Source: an uncultured delta proteobacterium
GTDB taxonomy: Bacteria; Desulfobacterota; Desulfuromonadia; Desulfuromonadales; BM103
DNA length: 64,000 bases
Direction: 5' to 3'
NCBI GenBank assembly: GCA_963715335.1
Contig: CAVQRZ010000012.1
Location: forward strand, 9,983-73,982
Of this stretch, positions 10,318-18,980 are shown piece after piece. The notes beneath the pieces were generated by a model. It did no database searches and was not told the DNA's origin. It saw nothing but the letters and a program-made list of their open reading frames with translations. The number at the start of each line of letters is the position of its first letter. Position 1 is the stretch's first letter. Position numbers and translations under genes: made by a program.

Positions 10318-10347
10318 GGCTCATCCTTCGGGATGGGCCTTTTTTTA
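10318..10347 (+). terminator. Hairpin with UUCG loop followed by a U-tract
   Basis: GGCTCATCC-TTCG-GGATGGGCC-TTTTTTT. Confidence 0.65.
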
Positions 10348-10368
10348 TTTCCAGAAAGGAGAAACATC

Positions 10369-10689
10369 ATGATCCGACTACTGTCCACCGACCAAGCCCT
10401 GAGTCTCAAGGGCAAAATCCCCGAGTTGGCCATCCTGAGATCCATTCAATTCCAAGGCGAAGGCTATGACCCCGACATCCACGGGGTCATTCTGGTCTTG
10501 GAGCCTGGAGACAACCCCTGCCTTATACCCGAGATAGGCCCTGAAGGGTTACTTGATAAGGCTGGCCTGCCCTGCTGGGAATTCGCTGAGTGTTTCATTG
10601 AGGAAGATGGAAGCCTGGCCTTCGAAGTCGTCGTTGTCATCTCGAATGACAAAGTGGTGGAGAGCGATCTTCCCAAGGTCGCTCTTTAA
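10369..10689 (+). CDS. Hypothetical acidic protein (106 aa), possibly a mobile-element remnant
   Basis: AGGAG RBS before ATG 10369; MIRLLSTDQALSLKG...; no recognised domain. Confidence 0.55.
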   Translation: MIRLLSTDQALSLKGKIPELAILRSIQFQGEGYDPDIHGVILVLEPGDNPCLIPEIGPEGLLDKAGLPCWEFAECFIEEDGSLAFEVVVVISNDKVVESDLPKVAL

Positions 10690-10904
10690 TTTCTTATAAG
10701 TCCTCCTACATTGTTCTAAGTCACTCAGATTGGTTCAAATACGAAATTCCTACTAATCCTGATTTTTAGGATTCAATTGTAAAATCATTTTTTGCAAATT
10801 CTTGCAGTCCAAAACTTTGAGTTTTTTAAACAGTGGATTCCAAGTAGGCGATTAACTCTCAAAACCTCTCCTTCCTGACCCGGAGTTACGGTTGTCATTT
10901 TAGA

Positions 10905-11027
10905 ACAAGGGGATGGGTTTCAGACAATAATCGGTGGATGGCTTTCAGCAATTCCAGGTGGAAGGGTTTTGTAATCAGTGGATGGATTCTTTTGATAACA
11001 GGTGGATGGGATTGATCATAATAAGCA
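10905..11027. mobile_element. Orphan IS21-like terminal repeat array
   Basis: Five GGTGGATGG-like units at 10909, 10933, 10957, 10977, 11001 (spacing 24/24/20/24), ending ...CATAATAAGCA at 11027; no transposase nearby. Confidence 0.6.
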
Positions 11028-11105
11028 GGTTATAGGACCGATTTATTTGTTTGGCATCGTTTAATATGGCACAATTCAGGGAATACTGACCCGTGAAGAA
11101 CTGGA

Positions 11106-12227
11106 GTGGCCGTGTCTGATTTCAGAGAACAGCTTAGCAGCGCAATCGTTGAATTGCCCAAGGTCGCTTTCAGGCGCATGATCGGCGTCGTGCGATTGCT
11201 CGACAAGCTGAGCCGCAATCCCGAATACCGTGAGCAGGTTTACGCAAAGGTCCCGGACGTCGCCCGCTTTGATCCGGGACACGATGCGGTCATGATGTGC
11301 TACGATTTTCATCTTGACGGAGAAATGCCGCGGCTGATTGAAGTCAACACCAATGCCGGCGGTGGCATGCTGGCCTACCTGGCGCAGGCCCCTCCCCTGC
11401 CCGTCGATCACAAATCCCTCCCGGCAAGGCTCAGAGAGCGTCTGCTGCGGACCTTCTCGGATGAAATAAAAAAACATTCGGCAGGGGTGAAACTGAAGCC
11501 GGAACGGATTGCGATCATCGACGAGAATCCGGCCGAACAGTATCTCTATCCTGAGATGGTGGCCTTTGCCGACCTGTTCAGGGCCTGGGGGGTGCCGACA
11601 GAGATCGTCGAACCGCTCCGGTTGCACGCTGCCGCCGATGGCGTCAGGCTCGATGGTCGGCCCGTCGACCTGGTCTATAATCGGCATTGCGATTTTTACC
11701 TGGCAAGCGACGAGATGGCCGGGCTGCGGCAAGCCTACCTGGCCCACAAGCTTTGCCTGACTCCCAACCCGCACATGTACGGCCTGCTTGCCGACAAGCG
11801 GCGGATGCTCCTTTGGGCCGATCACGCACAACATGCCCTGTGGCGCATCTCCGACAAGGAGAGCAGCCTGCTCGACCAGGTGCTGCCCGCAACCTCATTG
11901 CTTGCCGAACTCGACCCGCAGCAGGCATGGTCCGACCGGAAACAGCTCGTGTTCAAACCTGTGGACGGCTTCGGCAGCAGGGGCGTGCTGGTCGGCGAGA
12001 AAATCTCCCGCAAGCGGTTTGATCAGCTCCCGGCAACAGACACCCTGGCCCAGGAGCTGGTTCCGCCGAGCCTGACCGAGGTCGTTGAGCAGGGCGCTAT
12101 GAAAACCGACCTGCGCGTGTACGCATATCGCAACCGGGTGCTCGGTGTGACCGCCCGCCTGTACCGTGGGCAGGTCACGAACATGCGCACCCCAGGCGGT
12201 GGTTTCGCCCGGGTCCGAATCGTTTGA
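11106..12227 (+). CDS. ATP-grasp-like (circularly permuted / glutathionylspermidine-synthase-like) protein (GTG start)
   Basis: YDFHL, LIEVNTNAGG, VYNR, FKPVDGFGSRGV, AQELVPP, DLRVY, GGGFA. Confidence 0.7.
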   Translation: MAVSDFREQLSSAIVELPKVAFRRMIGVVRLLDKLSRNPEYREQVYAKVPDVARFDPGHDAVMMCYDFHLDGEMPRLIEVNTNAGGGMLAYLAQAPPLPVDHKSLPARLRERLLRTFSDEIKKHSAGVKLKPERIAIIDENPAEQYLYPEMVAFADLFRAWGVPTEIVEPLRLHAAADGVRLDGRPVDLVYNRHCDFYLASDEMAGLRQAYLAHKLCLTPNPHMYGLLADKRRMLLWADHAQHALWRISDKESSLLDQVLPATSLLAELDPQQAWSDRKQLVFKPVDGFGSRGVLVGEKISRKRFDQLPATDTLAQELVPPSLTEVVEQGAMKTDLRVYAYRNRVLGVTARLYRGQVTNMRTPGGGFARVRIV

Positions 12228-12299
12228 CCCTATCCTTCCCTATTGATAGGGGGATTTAGGCCCCTTGAAAAGCTGCAAAGCAAGGACCAATTCCACTTC

Positions 12300-12329
12300 T
12301 TGACTCCTAGGTGACGGAATAGGTAATAT
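12300..12329 (+). promoter_or_regulatory. Putative sigma70 promoter of candidate sRNA
   Basis: TTGACT (12300-12305)-N18-TAATAT (12324-12329). Confidence 0.5.
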
Positions 12330-12335
12330 TTAGCT

Positions 12336-12411
12336 GAGGCAAGGTGGTGAACTTGCCGCAACGTCAACCAGCCCCACAGTCTCTCCCCCTCCTAGACTGT
12401 GGGGCTTTTTT
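12336..12411 (+). ncRNA. Candidate small RNA (~76 nt): 5' hairpin plus terminator with a C-rich anti-SD loop
   Basis: GGCAAG...CTTGCC hairpin; 13-bp stem AGCCCCACAGTCT/AGACTGTGGGGCT, loop CTCCCCCTCCT, then U-tract; upstream promoter-like boxes. Confidence 0.5.
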
Positions 12412-12491
12412 ATTTAATGTCAGAGTTTTCTCGGAATGGTCAAAAGGGTCACATTTCAGACATGATACAATCGACACGAGTCCCCTGATCT

Positions 12492-12519
12492 TTGACGTTG
12501 CAGCATCATCCGCTATAAT
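12492..12519 (+). promoter_or_regulatory. Putative sigma70 promoter of glnA
   Basis: TTGACG-N16-TATAAT. Confidence 0.6.
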
Positions 12520-12659
12520 GGCGAGGGTTTCAATTACCTGGTGAATAAGACGACGGGACCAGCCTCCTTTGGGTGCCGCATCACCCTCGGAAAGGCGGTG
12601 ATCCCGAGGGCGATTGCCGCATACAATATGAAGACATTGACTGAATCGAGGAGTAATTT

Positions 12660-13988
12660 ATGACGCGTGAAGAAATAATGGCAATTGTCGAGGAAAAGAA
12701 TGTCAATTTTTTCCGGTTGCAGTTTGTTGATATTTTCGGGTTCATGAAGAATATTGCTATCCCCCGAAGCCAGATCAAAAAAGCTCTCGACGGTCAGATG
12801 ATGTTCGATGGATCGTCTATTGACGGCTTCGTTCGCATCAACGAATCGGACATGTACCTGAAGCCTGACTATGACACGTTTTTGGTTTTGCCCTGGAGAG
12901 TTCGCAACGACGTGAATGCAGCGCGCATTATCTGTGACGTTTACAAAGCGGACGGAACACCTTTTAGTGGTTGTCCCCGCGTCAACCTGAAAAGGGTTCT
13001 GGCAGAGGCCAAGGATCTTGGCTACACCATGAACGTCGGAACCGAATGTGAATTTTTCCTGTTCCAGGAAGACGCGCAGGGTAAACTTAAAACGGAGACC
13101 GGCGACGTCGCCGGTTACTTCGATGTCGATCCCGAGGACAAGGGAATCAACTGTCGTCGAGAGATTATAGAGACTCTGGAATCGATGGGTTTTGAAGTAG
13201 AGGCCTCCCACCACGAGGTGGCAGTTGGTCAGCATGAAATCAATTTCAAGTATGCCGACGCCCTGGCCGCCGCCGACAACACGGTCACCTTCAAATGGGT
13301 TGTACGCTCAATCGCCGCAAAGCACGGCTTGCACGCCACATTTATGCCGAAGCCGGTCTTTGGCATAAACGGGTCCGGCATGCATACAAACCAGTCATTG
13401 TTCAATCTGGACGGGACGAATGCTTTTTTTGATGAAAACGGCCCCCTGAAACTCAGCGAAACAGCCTATCACTACATCGCCGGGATCATGAAAAATGCTC
13501 GTGGCTTTACAGCGGTGACCAACCCTTTGGTCAATTCATACAAACGTCTCGTGCCCGGTTATGAGGCCCCGGTCTACGTTGCCTGGTCTGCTTCAAATCG
13601 TTCAGCCCTGGTCAGAATCCCTGCCTCCCGCGGTCTCAGCACAAGAACCGAGGTCCGCTGTCCGGACCCGGCCTGCAATCCTTACCTCGCTCTTGCGATG
13701 ATGCTCAGCTCCGGTCTGGATGGGGTGAAGAACAAGCTGGAAGCGCCACCATCGGTCAATGTGGATATTTTCGAGATGACCCTGGCGGAAAAGGATGCCG
13801 CCGGCATTGACAGCTTGCCGGGGAGCCTTGAAGAGGCGATCCTGGCACTGCAAGAAAACCCGATTGCCAAGGAAGCGCTGGGTGGGCATATCTTGGAAAA
13901 ATATATCGATGGCAAAACAAGGGAGTGGGATTCATATCGAACCTGGGTCACGGACTGGGAAACCAAAACATATATAAAAAATTACTAA
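12660..13988 (+). CDS. glnA: Glutamine synthetase type I (short, GSI-alpha-like, 442 aa)
   Basis: [71 protein letters not shown]. Confidence 0.97.
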   Translation: MTREEIMAIVEEKNVNFFRLQFVDIFGFMKNIAIPRSQIKKALDGQMMFDGSSIDGFVRINESDMYLKPDYDTFLVLPWRVRNDVNAARIICDVYKADGTPFSGCPRVNLKRVLAEAKDLGYTMNVGTECEFFLFQEDAQGKLKTETGDVAGYFDVDPEDKGINCRREIIETLESMGFEVEASHHEVAVGQHEINFKYADALAAADNTVTFKWVVRSIAAKHGLHATFMPKPVFGINGSGMHTNQSLFNLDGTNAFFDENGPLKLSETAYHYIAGIMKNARGFTAVTNPLVNSYKRLVPGYEAPVYVAWSASNRSALVRIPASRGLSTRTEVRCPDPACNPYLALAMMLSSGLDGVKNKLEAPPSVNVDIFEMTLAEKDAAGIDSLPGSLEEAILALQENPIAKEALGGHILEKYIDGKTREWDSYRTWVTDWETKTYIKNY

Positions 13989-14165
13989 AGGATACGTTGA
14001 ATCACCCGGTATCGTGCTGGTCAATCGTGAACAATCAAAGCAGTTGTGCTTAATAGCCAATCAGCCAGAAAGCGAAAACGGAGCTGCCGGTTGTACGGCC
14101 CCGACACATGATTTCCGGTGGCTTGCCCACCAAGGGGATCGGGGCATAGGGTAAACCGTTATTCT

Positions 14166-14333
14166 ATGAGACTTCTTGCAATATTTTTTATTGTTTCGGC
14201 TTTTGTGTATTACGTGACCGGCAGGTCTCGAAAATATTCACGCCGGCAGAGATTTGTATTTGCGTTGACTACGTACGTGGCATTGTATGCTGTTTTGCTT
14301 GCAACGATATTATTGTCCGGGAACACGCCTTAA
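14166..14333 (+). CDS. Small hypothetical membrane protein (55 aa)
   Basis: Two hydrophobic segments around a basic loop (RSRKYSRRQR); weak RBS. Confidence 0.45.
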   Translation: MRLLAIFFIVSAFVYYVTGRSRKYSRRQRFVFALTTYVALYAVLLATILLSGNTP

Positions 14334-14477
14334 AGAATCCTGGCCATTCTGGTGAATCACTACGTGGTGAGATGTATGGGCTATGGCGTTACCGGGTTGG
14401 ACTGGGGGCATTCTCAACACTAGATGACAAACATCCGTATTTTTTTGGCTTTTCACGCCGAGCTCTTGGCGCTTCGA

Positions 14478-16460
14478 TCATTTAAACATCTTCTTGAACA
14501 GACTCTTCTTCTGCAGCTCCTGCTGATCTTTCATGGTGCGCAAGCCCCGGCGTGCTATCGACAGGCGAGCATCAAGTTTCAGGGCCTTGTTGAATTCCGC
14601 TTCGGCCATCGCTTCCTGCCCTGATTCGAAAAGCATCCACCCCTTGTAGGCAAAGGCCTGGGCCGTCCGCTCCATGGTAATCGATTTGTTGAGCATCTTC
14701 TTCGCCTTGTTCATCATTGCCTGGCTGTCGGAGTATTTCGGGTTGCGGTAAATCGACCAGGCCAGGTTTGCCAGGTAATCGCCGTTGTCCGGCTCTGCGT
14801 TGACAGCATCCTGCAAGGCTTTTTCAGCGTTGTCCCATTCTTCCATTTCAAGGAAGACTTTGCCCGATTCGGCCTGAACCTGGGCCTGGAAGCGTTCGTC
14901 GCCTTTCTGCCCAAGACCAACCTTGTCGGCACCGAGCATCTCGTCGTAACGCTCTTTTTTGACGACATCGGAGAGTGTATCGTACGCCGTGGCGACCCTG
15001 GAAAGGATGCCTTCAACCATGGCGGCTTCTTCGCCGCCGAGCTGCATGAGGACCTCCGGGCCAAACTTTCGTGTGATCGCGAAGTAGCGCTCTTTGAGGC
15101 GATCTATGGAAAATTTCCCCTGTTTGATACCGAATACCTCGTAATGGCTCTGGTTCTCCAGGCTCCTTGCAATCAGGCGGATCTCCTGGGCATGGTCCTC
15201 CTGGGTGGCTTTCGTCCCGTTCGATTCTGCCAAACCCGGTTGGACCATCGTTGTATCCACCTGGGCGGCAACGTCGCCGTCATCGCCAACAAGATCGGAG
15301 AAACTCTCAAGGATCTCCTCAGCGTCAACTTCGACTTCTTCCTCAACAACATTGAAGAGGGTGCGCAACGGCAGGTTCTCCGGGTCAGCGGAAACAGCAG
15401 GTTCGGCAGAGAAACGCGCCATGTTGAGGTTTGTCAGAGTCAGCAACAACGGGCTGCAGTCAAATTCATCGGTAACCAGGTCAGCCAGCTTATGCTGGCC
15501 GTCAATGCGCTGCACGAAATATTTTTCCTTCTCATTCAGGCGCAGAAAATTAATGTGCCTGTAGTAGTTCCTGTCGAGGATGGCGTACTTGTCGCTGAAG
15601 GTCTGCAGCAGTCGGGAGCCATCCTGCCCGGCGTGTTTGTGGAAACCTTCATAGAAGAGTTGCGGGACATTGAGCGTGATCAATTGCAAAAGCTCCGGAG
15701 CCGGAATGACTTTCCATGCCGCCCGGGCTGGACCACCGGCAAAGGCACAGACCAGTTCCTGACTGAGGTAGTCTATTTCGGCCTGCAGCAGGTCGTTGTA
15801 TTGCAGGCAGCCGATCTGCACCAGGCTGTCATGGCGATACGCTGCCGTGGTCACGAAGTAGTGATATTCATCGGCAGTGATCTGGCCGCGAAGGCAGAGG
15901 AAGTCGCCGAAGTCGCGGCTTTTGTAGCCGGGTCGAAGGGCGACCGGGGCACCGTTGATAAAAGTCAGCATGCGCACGGTGTCCGGATATTGAAGTGTCA
16001 GCAAACCTGAGAAGGGCTTCAGGAAGGCAGTGCGCAGATGTTGCGCGAAAGGTCTTGGTTCCCCCTGTGTGGCTGGTGAAACCGATCTTTCCGGGGTGAG
16101 CTCCTGGTCGATGGCACTGAGGAGGACAGAAGCCTTGAGGGGTTTTTCCAGATAGTGCCGAACCCCGAGGGCTTCGGCCGCCGTGTGGTATTTCTCCCCC
16201 TTGTAGAACCCGGTCAGGACGATCACCGGAAGATCTGCGGCGCGCTGGCTCTGCCGGAGTTTCTTGATCAGTTCAGTGCCGTGCAGACCGGGCAGCTTGA
16301 GCTCGAGCAGCAAAAGGTCGGGGGGCTCTGCCGCGATAGCCCTGAGTGCGGAGACACCATCGCTCACATGGTCGACCACGAACCCCTGCTGTCTGAGCCG
16401 GCCGGCAATTGCCGCAGCAAGGGGCTGGTTTTCCTCCGCCAGCAATATTCGTTTTGCCAT
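14478..16460 (-). CDS. Receiver domain + J-like domain + TPR protein
   Basis: N-terminal REC fold (ILLAEE...LLLELKLPGLHG...LEKP); J-like HYEVFGI...KERYFAITRKFGPE...AYDTLSD..KKERYD; C-terminal TPRs. Confidence 0.82.
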   Translation of the reverse strand: MAKRILLAEENQPLAAAIAGRLRQQGFVVDHVSDGVSALRAIAAEPPDLLLLELKLPGLHGTELIKKLRQSQRAADLPVIVLTGFYKGEKYHTAAEALGVRHYLEKPLKASVLLSAIDQELTPERSVSPATQGEPRPFAQHLRTAFLKPFSGLLTLQYPDTVRMLTFINGAPVALRPGYKSRDFGDFLCLRGQITADEYHYFVTTAAYRHDSLVQIGCLQYNDLLQAEIDYLSQELVCAFAGGPARAAWKVIPAPELLQLITLNVPQLFYEGFHKHAGQDGSRLLQTFSDKYAILDRNYYRHINFLRLNEKEKYFVQRIDGQHKLADLVTDEFDCSPLLLTLTNLNMARFSAEPAVSADPENLPLRTLFNVVEEEVEVDAEEILESFSDLVGDDGDVAAQVDTTMVQPGLAESNGTKATQEDHAQEIRLIARSLENQSHYEVFGIKQGKFSIDRLKERYFAITRKFGPEVLMQLGGEEAAMVEGILSRVATAYDTLSDVVKKERYDEMLGADKVGLGQKGDERFQAQVQAESGKVFLEMEEWDNAEKALQDAVNAEPDNGDYLANLAWSIYRNPKYSDSQAMMNKAKKMLNKSITMERTAQAFAYKGWMLFESGQEAMAEAEFNKALKLDARLSIARRGLRTMKDQQELQKKSLFKKMFK

Positions 16461-16480
16461 GCTCTTGCGGTCCTTGTTTG

Positions 16481-17485
16481 TCAGCGTCTGAGCTGATAGC
16501 GGCGCACCGCCCGGTTGTGTTCTTGCAGCGTCGCAGTGAATTCGTGAGTCCCGTCACCCCGTGCCACGAAAAAGAGATCTCCGGTGTCGGCCGGGTTGGC
16601 TGCGGCATGCAGGGCAGACTGTCCCGGGCTGGCAATGGGGCCGGGCGGCAGGTCTCTTTTCAAGTAGGTGTTGTAGGGGGTCGGCGTCTTAAGGTGTTTA
16701 CGGGTGAGGTTGCCATCAAAATCAGCAATCCCGTAGATCACTGTCGGGTCCGCCTGCAAAGCAATGCCGCGCTTGAGGCGATTATGGAACACAGCCGAAA
16801 TCAGCGGCATCTCCGTGGCATTGCCGGCCTCCTTCTGGATAATCGATGCCAGGGTCAGCAGTTTGTGCCGGTCCATGCCCAGAGCCTCGGCGCTGGCCAG
16901 GATCGACGCGGAAAGATGTTGATCGAGCTGATCGGTCATGGAGCGTAATATCTGCCGCGCAGTCGTCGAAGTGGTGTAGCTGTAGGTCTCCGGAAAGAGG
17001 TAGCCTTCAAGAGAGTCGGCCTCAACACCCAGTTCCTTGATGAATCCGCTGTCGTAGCAAAGCGTGAGAAAGTCATTCTCTGAACCGATCCCGGTCTTGG
17101 CCAGACGTGCGGCAATGTCCTTCAGGTTGAACCCTTCAGGAATTGTGACCCGGTACAGGCGAATGTCGCCGGCAACCAGGCGGTCGAGGACCTCGCCGGG
17201 TCGGGCTTTAGATTCGAAGAGATATTCTCCGGCGTGGATCTGCGCGGTGGCGTCACGCCAGCGGGCCAACCAGGTGAAACGGGTCGCATCGCTGATGATA
17301 TCGGCTTCTGCAAGCTGATTGGCAATCCGGGTGAATGAACTGCCGGCCTTGATTTCGATAACCCGTGGCCCGGGAGGAGTCACTGTGGTTGCAACAAAAC
17401 TCTCCATCCAGAATCCGACGCAGAAGACCGGAATAACGATCAGGGCAAAGGCGGTCAGGATCAGGGTTCGGGTGCGTAGGGTCAT
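16481..17485 (-). CDS. mltG: Endolytic transglycosylase MltG (YceG)
   Basis: VTIPEG, LEGYLFPETY, LASIIQKE, LQADPTVIYG, PYNTY...LPPGPIASPG. Confidence 0.95.
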   Translation of the reverse strand: MTLRTRTLILTAFALIVIPVFCVGFWMESFVATTVTPPGPRVIEIKAGSSFTRIANQLAEADIISDATRFTWLARWRDATAQIHAGEYLFESKARPGEVLDRLVAGDIRLYRVTIPEGFNLKDIAARLAKTGIGSENDFLTLCYDSGFIKELGVEADSLEGYLFPETYSYTTSTTARQILRSMTDQLDQHLSASILASAEALGMDRHKLLTLASIIQKEAGNATEMPLISAVFHNRLKRGIALQADPTVIYGIADFDGNLTRKHLKTPTPYNTYLKRDLPPGPIASPGQSALHAAANPADTGDLFFVARGDGTHEFTATLQEHNRAVRRYQLRR

Positions 17486-17571
17486 GCAAAGGGGCTCCAG
17501 TCGGGTTGCCAAACAGGCACCACGCCATTGTTGGAGGGTTGAGGGGAAAAGTCAAGACTATGACTGGAGGC

Positions 17572-18168
17572 TCAAGCTTTAAAACGGTCTTCCGCGCCGT
17601 CCAGTAACCGCTTGATGTTGCTGCGGTGACGCCAGATGATCAGCGTGGCGATAAACAGGGTGGCCAGGAAGATCGGCTGCGGTTCGTTGAGCATCAGGAC
17701 CAACAGGGGGGCCGACATGGCCGCCAGGACCGAGGCGAGAGAAACGAAGCGGGTGGTGGCGACCGTGATGCCGAAGACGATTGCCGCACCGAGCACGGCT
17801 ATCGGGGAGATGACCAGGAAGATGCCAAGGGCCGTGGCGATCCCTTTGCCACCCCTGAACTTAAGGTAGACCGGGTAGCAGTGGCCGACAATCGCCATGG
17901 CGCAGGCGATGCCGAGCTGGATCGAGGTCGGAGCCAGCCAGGTCTTGCATGCCAGCAGCGGCAGAAACCCCTTCAGGATGTCGCCGGCCAAGGTCAGGAT
18001 GCCGGGCAGTTTGCCAGCAACCCGGTAAACGTTGGTCGCGCCGATGTTGCCGCTGCCCTTGCCGCGCACGTCCTCATAGCCCATGACCTTGGCCAGGACA
18101 ATACCGGTCGGTATGGCGGCGATCAGGTAGATGGAGGCCAATACAACAATGAAAAGCAGTGTGTTCAT
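17572..18168 (-). CDS. plsY: Glycerol-3-phosphate 1-O-acyltransferase
   Basis: GSGNIGATNVYR, GDILKG, GHCYPVYLKFRGGKGIAT, RHRSNIKRL. Confidence 0.96.
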   Translation of the reverse strand: MNTLLFIVVLASIYLIAAIPTGIVLAKVMGYEDVRGKGSGNIGATNVYRVAGKLPGILTLAGDILKGFLPLLACKTWLAPTSIQLGIACAMAIVGHCYPVYLKFRGGKGIATALGIFLVISPIAVLGAAIVFGITVATTRFVSLASVLAAMSAPLLVLMLNEPQPIFLATLFIATLIIWRHRSNIKRLLDGAEDRFKA

Positions 18169-18343
18169 CAGTGCTCAGACCCCCGGGTTGGTAACCACGA
18201 CAAAGCCGTCGCCTCGTATCTGATAAAAAATGCTGTCAAACCGGTAGTATGTCTGTCCCTTGGCTTGAACCGCCACGGCATATTCCGGGATGGTCGGCAC
18301 CATACAGTTGGTTGACGCAAAGGTTATGAGGGTTGCCGGGAAC

Positions 18344-18913
18344 CTACTTCTGTGACCAGTTCCCCTTGGCGTCCTGAAGATACCAGCCTTTGGCGGCTTT
18401 GTCACGCCACGACTCGGAGAAGATCGCCTCTATTTCACCGGCCTTGTCGGGTAAACCGTTGGCTTTGGCGATCTCCTGGTAAAGTCGTTTGCGATCCTGA
18501 TTTTCGGCATCGACCAGGCGCTTGATTTCGGCGCGCTGCTTGAGGCCGAGTCCATCTGTGGAGCGCAGGGCGAGATAACCATTGGCGTCAATGCCGACCT
18601 GTCCGGCGTCCAGTGAAGGCCCTAATTGATCGAAACGATCCTTCATGTCGGCACGCAAGGCCCGGATCTCGGGGGTGCTGACGTTGATATCCTGGGCCGC
18701 GTAGGCAGAGCTCACTCCGAGCCTTGGCAGAAAGCTGCTTCCGGGTGATGCGGGGGCTTTTTCGACCGAGCCTGGTTTTTCACCGTAGACCTCGTCGACA
18801 ATCCGGTCGGCCGCTCCGCGAAGCTCCTCGGCGGGGAAGTAAATGTTGATCGTCACGCATGACACTGTCGCAACGATAACGAATAGTGTCAGGCCTCTCA
18901 GAACGTTGCGCAT
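18344..18913 (-). CDS. YdbL/DUF1318-family lipoprotein with YnbE-like N-terminus
   Basis: Lipobox VSC, VTINIYFPAEE..AADRIVDEV, then GQVGIDANGYL...VDAENQDRKRLYQEIAKAN...GWYLQ..GNW. Confidence 0.75.
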   Translation of the reverse strand: MRNVLRGLTLFVIVATVSCVTINIYFPAEELRGAADRIVDEVYGEKPGSVEKAPASPGSSFLPRLGVSSAYAAQDINVSTPEIRALRADMKDRFDQLGPSLDAGQVGIDANGYLALRSTDGLGLKQRAEIKRLVDAENQDRKRLYQEIAKANGLPDKAGEIEAIFSESWRDKAAKGWYLQDAKGNWSQK

Positions 18914-18980
18914 GATTATCCTCCTTCGGGATTAGAGCCCTTTTGTTTCGACTTCGACTATACTCGATCAGTAATTAAAA

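Noticed and set aside
10905..11027. Periodic repeats considered as a mini CRISPR array
   Set aside because: Units are ~9 bp with a 20-24 bp period, too short; no cas genes; better fit to an IS end
12274..12290. Minus-strand sigma54-like TGGTCCTTGCTTTGCA
   Set aside because: Points away from glnA into the 3' end of the upstream gene; likely a chance match
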